Source: an uncultured bacterium (lineage in GTDB: Bacteria; Patescibacteriota; Minisyncoccia; Phycocordibacterales; UBA2100). Taken from it: a stretch of 64,000 nucleotides of DNA. Every line of letters starts with the position of its first letter. The first letter of the stretch is position 1. The translations under genes were made by a program, and so were the position numbers. The stretch lies in assembly GCA_903824595.1 (NCBI GenBank), contig CAIJXH010000002.1, positions 7,209 through 71,208 on the forward strand. Reading direction: 5' to 3'. This document shows, in pieces, positions 56,178-64,000 of the stretch. The notes under the pieces are model-generated. The model was not told the DNA's origin and searched no databases. It was given only the letters and a program-made list of their open reading frames with translations.

Positions 56178-57154
56178 GCGGGAAGTATAGCAGACACAAG
56201 CACGCGGCGCGCCTCAGCACTCGTATCGGTATTCATAAGACCAACACGCAATTCTCGAGCTCCATCCCATCCAGAAATATATGCTTTGAAGTGCTTTTTC
56301 ATCACCGCATACGATGTCGTCTCGGAAAGTAATTGATCAAACAGCATGAGATGTTCTATCAGCGCGGACACACGCTCTTGCGGCGCGGGAGGATGCACTC
56401 GATCCGCGAACAACCACGGATTGCCGTAAATCGCGCGACCAAGCATGACTCCGTCGCAGCCTGTTGCGTCAGCTTTTGCTCGCGCATCCGAAATGTCGCG
56501 CACATCGCCATTGCCAAGAATTTTTGTCATCCTAGAGGTGTCGCCTCTAGGATTTTGGATAGCGTTGCGGATGGCGACCGCCTTTGCAACGAATTCCCAG
56601 CGCGCAGGCACGTCGGAAAGCTCGTTGCGCGTGCGAGCATGTATGGTTATCGCCGCAGGTTCTTCTGCCAACAATTCCGAAAGCCACGTATCAAGCTCAT
56701 CGCGCGCATACCCGACGCGTGTCTTTACCGACACGGGAAGACCAGACTTTTTTGCGGCACTAATGAGTGAGCGAGCACGTGCCGTATCTTTGATCAGAGC
56801 AGCACCACTTCTGCTTTTCCCAATCGCACGATCAGGACATCCCATATTGATATCTATGCCGTCAAACCCCATATCCCGCACGATATGTGCAGCATGTTCC
56901 ATACGAGCAGGATCGGAAGTAAAGAGCTGCGCGATGATGGGATGTTCGCTATCACTATAGAGAAGTTTTTTACGGAGCTTGCGTTGTCCAGCGTCGTCGG
57001 CATACAACAACCCATCGGCAGAAGTAAATTCTGTAAAAAACACGTCGGGCTTGCCATGGCGAGCAATGAGGGCGCGAAACGCGGCATCGGTAACATCCTC
57101 CATGGGAGCGAGGACGAAAAATGGTTTCTTGAGCGTTTGCCACACGTTGCGCAT
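56174..57154 (-). CDS. dus: tRNA-dihydrouridine synthase
   Basis: LAPMEDVTD, IDINMGCP, VSVKTR, IHART, GNGD, GVMLGR. Confidence 0.95.
   Translation of the reverse strand: MRNVWQTLKKPFFVLAPMEDVTDAAFRALIARHGKPDVFFTEFTSADGLLYADDAGQRKLRKKLLYSDSEHPIIAQLFTSDPARMEHAAHIVRDMGFDGIDINMGCPDRAIGKSRSGAALIKDTARARSLISAAKKSGLPVSVKTRVGYARDELDTWLSELLAEEPAAITIHARTRNELSDVPARWEFVAKAVAIRNAIQNPRGDTSRMTKILGNGDVRDISDARAKADATGCDGVMLGRAIYGNPWLFADRVHPPAPQERVSALIEHLMLFDQLLSETTSYAVMKKHFKAYISGWDGARELRVGLMNTDTSAEARRVLVSAILPA
56529..56553. repeat. 25-bp palindromic element, copy 5 (in dus)
   Basis: ATCCTAGAGG-TGTCG-CCTCTAGGAT; encodes NPRGDTSRM on the minus strand. Confidence 0.92.
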
Positions 57155-57166
57155 GCCGCCACAGTA

Positions 57167-58093
57167 TCACAAACGCGCCTTTGCGTCCGTACGCATTCCC
57201 GTTTTCAATTTATAAAATACACGATCCCCAAATCTAAGATCAATATACTCTATGGAGGAAATTGCGTCCCGGAGAGGGTCAGAAGAAAGAATGAGCTGGA
57301 GATTTCTGATGAGCAGCTCAGGATTCTGACCAAAAGAGGCTCGCACGACAAAGCCACGATTCAGTGTTATCGAAAAATCTTGCACAGTATCTTGGCGAAC
57401 ATCAATCACGCCAAATCCTGCTTGATCGAGTCGCTCAACCAACACGCGCAAATCGGTGAAATAACCCGAGGCATACGTTTGTCCCACGGGATTCAACGTA
57501 CTCGACGCAAGCGGTCCAAAAAACAAAGTGGTTTCCATTGACTCTCTGCTACTGGTAGCCGCTTCGCCAAAAATGTATCCCGTCGAATCCACAAAGAAAC
57601 ACGAATTGTCTGCACACCAGCGCGCGTATGGAATACGTTCCGCAACGACAATATCTACCGTCTGTGTCATATACGAGGCTCGCGAAAGATGTACGGTCGC
57701 GATGCGCGGAAACGTGTTTCTGATCGCTACCTCAACAGAATCTCGCGGATATAGCCACAGGTTTGCATGAGAGAAAAAAGCATGCCCATCGGGAGTAACA
57801 ATCGTTTCTGCAACTCGCTCAATCTCTGCATCGGAAAGCGTGCGCGCCCCAGACACAGTGAAGTGCGCGATCGAGAAGCGCGGTAGGTACGAAAGTGCGT
57901 GTATGCCCCATACGCAAAACACACACCCTATCACCAAAAAGATTCCGCCGATGATACGCGCATGACGACGGCGCGCGCGCAAGTTTGATTTTGGACGCTC
58001 ATACGTATCTTCCGCACGCACAGAAGACGCTCGGACATGCTCCTGAATTCCTACTTTCTTCTGACGCAAATCAACGATCTTTTGAGATGACAT
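57167..58093 (-). CDS. ftsQ: cell division protein FtsQ/DivIB
   Basis: Basic N-terminus, TM, POTRA-like region, ERIP, YIDLRFGDRVFY. Confidence 0.85.
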   Translation of the reverse strand: MSSQKIVDLRQKKVGIQEHVRASSVRAEDTYERPKSNLRARRRHARIIGGIFLVIGCVFCVWGIHALSYLPRFSIAHFTVSGARTLSDAEIERVAETIVTPDGHAFFSHANLWLYPRDSVEVAIRNTFPRIATVHLSRASYMTQTVDIVVAERIPYARWCADNSCFFVDSTGYIFGEAATSSRESMETTLFFGPLASSTLNPVGQTYASGYFTDLRVLVERLDQAGFGVIDVRQDTVQDFSITLNRGFVVRASFGQNPELLIRNLQLILSSDPLRDAISSIEYIDLRFGDRVFYKLKTGMRTDAKARL

Positions 58094-59342
58094 CGGTATT
58101 CATATATCCCCGCAAGGCGTCGGGAACCGTGATCGAACCGTCGGCACGTTGGTAGTTTTCTACAATTTGGCACAGTACGCGCGGCAACGCGAGCGCAGTA
58201 TTGTTGAGCGAGTGCACATAACGAAGAGTGCCGTCGCTATCGCGATAGCGGATGTTGAGTCGTCGTGTCTGGAAATCATGAAAATAAGATGCCGAGTGCG
58301 TTTCGCGATATTTTTTCTCGCTCGGCATCCACGCCTCTATATCATATTTTTTCACCTGTCCAAGCCCTAAATCGCCGCCGCAATTTACCACCACATGATA
58401 GGGCAATTTCAACTCCTGCAACAGTGCCTCGGCATGTGCTGTCAATTCCTCATGCCACCGCACCGATTCTGCGTGGTTCGCCTCGCACAAGACCACCTGC
58501 TCATATTTTACAAACTCGTGCACACGAAATACTCCGCGCGTATCTTTTCCATGACTCCCAGCTTCACGTCGAAAACATGGAGAGTATGAAAAAAATTTGA
58601 TCGGAAGCTTACTCTTTTCCAAAATTTCTTCCATGTAGTACCCCATCGTACCCACCTCGGCAGTGCCCGCCATATAGTCTCCATCTTGCGTCTTATACAA
58701 ATCTTCTTCGCTTTGCGGCAAATAACCCGTACCAACAAAAGGCTCTCGTCGAAGCATCGACGGTACTACCATTGGCACAAACCCTTTTCCATGAAAACGA
58801 TCTTGCACGAAACGTTCGAGTGCCCACACTAATCTCGCACCCTCGTTCTTCAAAAAATATCCGCGGAAACCAGCAACCTTCGCGCCGCGTTCAAAATCCG
58901 CCATGTCGTTCTGCAGCATGAGATCGACGTGATTTTTTGGCTCAAAATCGAAAGAAGGAATGTTGCCCCATGTACGCACTTCCTGATTATCGGCATCAGA
59001 CTCACCCTCCGGTACGGAAATGTCTGGAACGTTGGGCACGCGCACCATGAGTGCACGCCATTCTTTGAGCACGTCTTGCAATGATTCTTCTGCGATCTTC
59101 ATGGTGTCCTTGACCGATTGCATGCGTACAATTATTTCCTGACGCGCCTCTGGCGTCGCCGCACTCGCGATTGCCTGCGACGCCGCATTCTGCTCGGCGC
59201 GCTTTTCATCAATTGTTTTTTGTAGCTCGCGACGCTTTTCGTCGAGCACCAACAATTGCTCAATATCTATGTCGATATGTTTCTTCTTCGCTCCTGCAAC
59301 TACGATATCTTTATTTTCACGGATAAACTTTATATCTAGCAT
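58071..59342 (-). CDS. serS: serine--tRNA ligase
   Basis: MLDIKFIREN, GTAE, FRREAG, RVHEF, HSLNNTA. Confidence 0.98.
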   Translation of the reverse strand: MLDIKFIRENKDIVVAGAKKKHIDIDIEQLLVLDEKRRELQKTIDEKRAEQNAASQAIASAATPEARQEIIVRMQSVKDTMKIAEESLQDVLKEWRALMVRVPNVPDISVPEGESDADNQEVRTWGNIPSFDFEPKNHVDLMLQNDMADFERGAKVAGFRGYFLKNEGARLVWALERFVQDRFHGKGFVPMVVPSMLRREPFVGTGYLPQSEEDLYKTQDGDYMAGTAEVGTMGYYMEEILEKSKLPIKFFSYSPCFRREAGSHGKDTRGVFRVHEFVKYEQVVLCEANHAESVRWHEELTAHAEALLQELKLPYHVVVNCGGDLGLGQVKKYDIEAWMPSEKKYRETHSASYFHDFQTRRLNIRYRDSDGTLRYVHSLNNTALALPRVLCQIVENYQRADGSITVPDALRGYMNTDVISKDR

Positions 59343-59358
59343 GCTAGGATAATACCAT

Positions 59359-60225
59359 ATGAATGATGCGCTCGTACAACTCATTCCTCATCAGTTTCCC
59401 CCACTTCTTCGAGAGATTTCCGACCCCCCGAAACAATTACATGTGCGCGGCGCCTTGCCATCATTCGATTTGAAATGGCTTGCGGTAGTAGGGAGTCGCG
59501 CCCTTACCCCATACGGCAAGCGAGCCTGTCGTACCCTCATCGAAGGATTACGCGGCTATCCCGTTGTCATCGTGTCTGGACTTGCGTATGGAGCCGATGC
59601 CGAGGCGCACCGCGCCGCGCTCGACAATAAATTGCCGACCGTCGCCGTCCCTGGATCTGGACTGAATTGGGATGTGTTGTATCCACGGGCGCACGTGAAT
59701 CTCGCGCACGACATACTCAACGCAGGCGGCGCTCTTCTCTCGGAATTCGAACACGATCTGAAAGCGACCGATTGGAGCTTTCCTCGCCGCAACAGAATCA
59801 TGGCAGGTGCTTGTCATGCCACTCTTATTATCGAAGCTAAAGAAAAATCTGGCTCGCTCATCACCGCAAAGCTCGCTGCAGAATACAATCGTGATCTATT
59901 AGTAGTGCCTGGCTCAATCTTCAGTGAGGAAAGTCGCGGCACACACCAATTCCTCAAACTCGGTGCGGCAGCCGCCACTTGCGCCGACGACATTCTCGCC
60001 ATGCTCGACATCAAAAAGCGGAACGATGCGGTATCACTTGCCGAAATACGCCAAGATCTCTCGCCTGAAGAAATTCGTGTCGTTGATATCATCAAATCTC
60101 CGCTCTCGCGCGACGCGCTTCTCGATGCGCTCAATCTCCCCGTCACCGAAGCCAATGTACTCTTATCGACTATGGAAATAAAAGGACTTATCGTAGAAGA
60201 ATTGGGCGCGATACGATTGAGATAA
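59359..60225 (+). CDS. dprA: DNA-processing protein DprA
   Basis: AVVGSR, VSGLAYGAD, FPRRNRI, KSGSLITA. Confidence 0.96.
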   Translation: MNDALVQLIPHQFPPLLREISDPPKQLHVRGALPSFDLKWLAVVGSRALTPYGKRACRTLIEGLRGYPVVIVSGLAYGADAEAHRAALDNKLPTVAVPGSGLNWDVLYPRAHVNLAHDILNAGGALLSEFEHDLKATDWSFPRRNRIMAGACHATLIIEAKEKSGSLITAKLAAEYNRDLLVVPGSIFSEESRGTHQFLKLGAAAATCADDILAMLDIKKRNDAVSLAEIRQDLSPEEIRVVDIIKSPLSRDALLDALNLPVTEANVLLSTMEIKGLIVEELGAIRLR

Positions 60226-60304
60226 CGATTTTCCTCATAGAGAAATTGTTCTGAAGCATTTGACATGTGGTACTCTTCTCGAGTATCACTATCCATATCT
60301 TCTT

Positions 60305-62464
60305 ATGAAATTAGTTATCGTTGAATCACCAGCAAAAGCAAAAACAATCGAGAAATATCTCGGAGATGGTTTTGTGGTGCGTGCCTCTGTCGGACACATC
60401 CGCGATCTTCCCAAAAGCAACAAAGATGCCGTTGATATCGAGGGTGGTTTTGTGCCGCGCTACCAGGTGGTAAAAGAGAAAGAACATGTCATTCACGACC
60501 TCAAGACCATCGCGAAAAAATCAGACGAAGTAATTCTTGCGACCGACCCCGATCGCGAAGGAGAAGCGATCGCGTGGCACCTCGCCGAGACGATCGGGCT
60601 CAAGAAACCAAAACGCATCGTCTTCCACGAAATTACTGAGCGCGCCGTACAAGAAGCACTCACGCATCCGCGCTTCATCGACGACGCGTTGCGGCGCGCC
60701 CAAGAGGCGCGCCGCGTACTCGATCGCCTTTTCGGTTACGATCTCTCTGGCTTGGTGTGGAAAAAAGTGCGCTATGGACTCTCGGCAGGCAGAGTACAAT
60801 CACCCGCGCTTCGCATTATTATGGAACGCGAGCGCGAGATCCGAGCATTTGTTCCGGAGAAATTCTGGATCGTATCCGCAGATGTCAAGACAAAAGCCAG
60901 CACACCATTTACCATCACCTGCACGGATGAACCAAAGACAATGGAAGAAGCTGAACGAGTCCTCGTCGCCGCACAAACGGGAACATGGTACGTGCAATCC
61001 ATAGAAGAATCCGAAGCCGCCCGCACTCCCCGCCCGCCATTCACCACCTCGACTCTCCAACAAGCAGCATCCACTCGTCTCGGTTTTTCGCCATCGCGCA
61101 CCATGCGCGTCGCGCAAAAACTCTACGAAGCAGGATTCATTACCTATATGCGCACCGACTCCGTCAATCTTGCAAAAGAAGCACAGGCGGCACTGTGCGC
61201 CACAGCAGAACGCGAATTTGGCGCAGGGTACGTGCAGGCGCGCACGTTCAAAACCAAATCCAAAAGTGCACAGGAAGCGCACGAGGCCATCAGACCAACC
61301 GATGCAAAAAAACGCGTTGTCGGCGGTAATGACGAGCAGAAAAAATTGTATGAGCTTATTCGAGCACGAGCGCTCGCCTCGCAAATGGCAGACGCGCGCG
61401 TCATGCGCACAAAAATCATCGCAAACATTTCTGGCAGTACCATTCCAGATTTTGTAGCAAATGGATCTCGCACCATTTTCGACGGCTGGCTCGCCGCCGA
61501 CACAGAAGCGCGCGGCGAAGATGTGGAGCTGCCGGCAGTCGCTCTCAACGATTCGCTCACCCTCATAGAAGTTCATTCGGAAGGAAAAGAGACCCAGCCA
61601 CCAGGTAGATATTCGGAAGCAGGATTGGTGAAAGAACTCGAGAAACGCGGCATTGGTCGCCCGTCCACCTACGCGTCAATCATCAAAACACTGGAGGATC
61701 GCGGCTACGTGGAAAAGCAAGGACGCACGCTTCTCCCTACGCCGACAGGCGATGTTGTGTCGTCATTCATCGAAGAACATTTCAAAGATTATATTAGCGA
61801 CAATTTCACCGCAGAAATGGAAGACGAGCTCGACGAAATTGCTGCAGGTACGCGCGAGTACAAGAAAACACTTACAGATTTTTATTCTTCATTTAGCAAA
61901 GCCGTGAAAAGCAAAAACAAGATCGAGAAAATTACAAACATGGGCAATGCCCCAACTGAATTCTCGTGCCCACTTTGCGGCGGTAGCATGGTATACAAAC
62001 TCTCGAAAACAGGCCGCTTCATGAGCTGCGCGAAATTCCCCGCATGCCTCGGTGCGCGAAAAGAAGACGGTTCTGAAATCGCGCCACCCAAAGATCTTGG
62101 AGAAGCATGTCCAGAATGTACAGGAGGAAAACTCATTGAACGCGAAGGTCGCTTTGGAAGATTTGTTGCTTGTTCCAATTACCCGAAGTGCAAATTTGTG
62201 CGCAAAGATGCCGCCGAAGAAGAGCGCGGCAAAACGGGAGTTACCTGTCCCGATTGCAAAAAAGGCGAAATGGTGGAGCGTCGTGGACGCTTTGGTGTCT
62301 TTTATTCATGCTCCAATTACCCAGCGTGCAAAAATGCCATCAAAGCTCGTCCCACTGGTCGATTGTGCGCAGCATGCGGTTCACTTATGATGGAAGGCAC
62401 CAAAACAATCCCCGAACGCTGCTCTAACAAAGCTTGCCACAACCATAATCCGCACAAGAAATAG
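60305..62464 (+). CDS. topA: DNA topoisomerase I
   Basis: IVESPAKAK, DPDREGE, SAGRVQ, ITYMRTD, GIGRPSTY, C-terminal zinc ribbons. Confidence 0.98.
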   Translation: MKLVIVESPAKAKTIEKYLGDGFVVRASVGHIRDLPKSNKDAVDIEGGFVPRYQVVKEKEHVIHDLKTIAKKSDEVILATDPDREGEAIAWHLAETIGLKKPKRIVFHEITERAVQEALTHPRFIDDALRRAQEARRVLDRLFGYDLSGLVWKKVRYGLSAGRVQSPALRIIMEREREIRAFVPEKFWIVSADVKTKASTPFTITCTDEPKTMEEAERVLVAAQTGTWYVQSIEESEAARTPRPPFTTSTLQQAASTRLGFSPSRTMRVAQKLYEAGFITYMRTDSVNLAKEAQAALCATAEREFGAGYVQARTFKTKSKSAQEAHEAIRPTDAKKRVVGGNDEQKKLYELIRARALASQMADARVMRTKIIANISGSTIPDFVANGSRTIFDGWLAADTEARGEDVELPAVALNDSLTLIEVHSEGKETQPPGRYSEAGLVKELEKRGIGRPSTYASIIKTLEDRGYVEKQGRTLLPTPTGDVVSSFIEEHFKDYISDNFTAEMEDELDEIAAGTREYKKTLTDFYSSFSKAVKSKNKIEKITNMGNAPTEFSCPLCGGSMVYKLSKTGRFMSCAKFPACLGARKEDGSEIAPPKDLGEACPECTGGKLIEREGRFGRFVACSNYPKCKFVRKDAAEEERGKTGVTCPDCKKGEMVERRGRFGVFYSCSNYPACKNAIKARPTGRLCAACGSLMMEGTKTIPERCSNKACHNHNPHKK

Positions 62465-62497
62465 ACAGGCGTCATCGCGAGACGTATCATAGCCTCT

Positions 62498-64000
62498 ATG
62501 GAAGCACGTTCGGTTGCAGACATAGTGCAGGCAATGGAACATCCGAGCGAAGAGAGTGTTGCGCTCGTTACCAAAGCATACGCATTTGCTCAAGAAGCAC
62601 ACAAGACACAAAAACGATACTCCGGCGAGCCCTACTTCATTCATCCCGCAGAAGTAGCTTACTCGCTCGCGAAAGCAGGTATGGGTCAGCGTACGATAGC
62701 AGCGGGACTCCTACATGACGTCATAGAAGATGCGGGGATCAAACCAGACACACTCAAACAAGAATTCGGTATTGAGGTACTTACGCTCGTAGAAGGAGTC
62801 ACCAAACTCGGAACACTGCGTTACCACGGGCTCGAGCGTCATGCTGAGTCATTGCGCAAACTCTTTGCCGCAACTGCAAAAGATATCCGAGTACTCATCA
62901 TCAAGCTCATGGATCGGCTACACAACGCGCGCACCCTCATGCACGTACCAAAACCAGAGAAAAGAATCCGTATAGCACTCGAGACACTTGAAGTATATGC
63001 CCCGATAGCCGACCGACTCGGTATGAGCGTCGTCAAACAAGAGCTCGAGGATTCTGCATTTCCCCATGCATACCCTGCAGAATTTGCTAAAACACGCGAT
63101 CTCCTCAAAGAGCGCAACATAGGAGACAACAACATCTTCGAACAAGACATCAAGCGTGAAATTATCAATGCAGGACTTCGACAATTTCGCATCGAAGCGC
63201 GCGTAAAAGGGCTCTATTCTTTGTTTCGAAAACTTGAACGTAAAGACTGGGATATAACCAAAATCTATGACATAGTCGCCGTGCGCGTTATCTTTCCTAC
63301 GGTCGCAGACTGCTATACCGCACTCGGTATTATTCATGGACGATGGCGACCAGTACCGGGTAAAATCAAAGATTACATAGCATTTCCAAAACCAAACGGA
63401 TATCAATCTATTCATACAACGCTCTACACAGGCAACGGTGGCGCCATGGAAGTGCAGCTGCGAACCGAGACGCAGCATAGAGAGGCACAATTTGGTATCG
63501 CGTCGCACCTCACCTACAAAGAGAACCAACATGCTTCAGATAGTACGCGCACTATTTCAAGCGGGGGAGGATTGGAATGGTTGCGACAATTTCTTCCGGG
63601 ATGGAAACGTAGCGCCGAACACACTCTCGCAACGTCAGATGATGTAGCCAAGCGTCCAACACCGCGATGGATCAAGGACATCGCGCACATGCAGGATGAA
63701 ATGGGTTGCTCGCAAGAATACATTGATACGCTAAAAGCTGATTTTTTCAGTCATCGCGTATTTGTGTTTACACCCAATGGCGATGTTATCGATCTTCCCA
63801 TAGCAGCAACGCCGATTGATTTCGCGTATGCCGTTCACTCTGATGTGGGCAATACGATGGCTGGCGCACGCGTCAATAATAAAATGGTGTCACTTGATAC
63901 AGCTCTAAAGAATGGTGATATCGTCGAGATCATAACAAAACCATCAGCACACCCATCGCGCAAATGGCACGACATTGCAAAGACAAGCATGGCGCGCAAA
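62498..64000 (+). CDS. RelA/SpoT (p)ppGpp hydrolase/synthetase, truncated by window end
   Basis: SGEPYFIHP, LLHDVIED, DRLHN, KDYIAFPKPNGYQSIHT, TGS domain DFAYAVH. Confidence 0.95.
   Translation, partial: MEARSVADIVQAMEHPSEESVALVTKAYAFAQEAHKTQKRYSGEPYFIHPAEVAYSLAKAGMGQRTIAAGLLHDVIEDAGIKPDTLKQEFGIEVLTLVEGVTKLGTLRYHGLERHAESLRKLFAATAKDIRVLIIKLMDRLHNARTLMHVPKPEKRIRIALETLEVYAPIADRLGMSVVKQELEDSAFPHAYPAEFAKTRDLLKERNIGDNNIFEQDIKREIINAGLRQFRIEARVKGLYSLFRKLERKDWDITKIYDIVAVRVIFPTVADCYTALGIIHGRWRPVPGKIKDYIAFPKPNGYQSIHTTLYTGNGGAMEVQLRTETQHREAQFGIASHLTYKENQHASDSTRTISSGGGLEWLRQFLPGWKRSAEHTLATSDDVAKRPTPRWIKDIAHMQDEMGCSQEYIDTLKADFFSHRVFVFTPNGDVIDLPIAATPIDFAYAVHSDVGNTMAGARVNNKMVSLDTALKNGDIVEIITKPSAHPSRKWHDIAKTSMARK

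Noticed and set aside
1407-63723. Many overlapping antisense or shifted ORFs in the track
   Set aside because: Shadows of well-supported genes in moderately GC-rich DNA, with no motifs or expression signals.
1-64000. Alternative genetic code (UGA reassigned)
   Set aside because: Conserved genes are full length in code 11 and several end in TGA.

Overview
A 64 kb, gene-dense chromosomal segment in standard genetic code. The gene content (compact IF2, hinge-less SMC, TrbC/VirB2-like pilin, class I aldolase, sigma-region-4/HTH protein) points to a Patescibacteria/CPR, probably Parcubacteria-like, genome; this is inference. Most of it is housekeeping: uvrA, murB, uvrB, tsaC, tsaD, trmD, khpA, rpsP, smc, rnc, nusB, rpmF, rnhB, dnaE, thrS, fba, mraZ-rsmH-ftsL-ftsI, guaA, rpmG, clpB, iscS, infB, rbfA, dnaX, dus, ftsQ, serS, dprA, topA, relA/spoT and six tRNAs. 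The most striking feature is a set of short DNA palindromes from several families sitting in frame inside essential genes, usually adding extra peptides. One 25-bp family has five copies, one with a compensatory base-pair change, and dnaE carries a roughly 100-bp three-way-junction element. Also notable: an AT-rich island beside tRNA-Trp that joins a two-component system to an AdoMetDC-like enzyme, a DUF2156 transferase and an SMR-like transporter; a candidate pseudoknotted RNA just 5' of tRNA-Trp; widespread leaderless promoter architecture; and a Ser/Tyr/Gly repeat surface protein. No integrase, transposase, CRISPR array or rRNA was recognised. All calls come from reading motifs by eye; no database search was run, and several start codons were adjusted from the ORF track.
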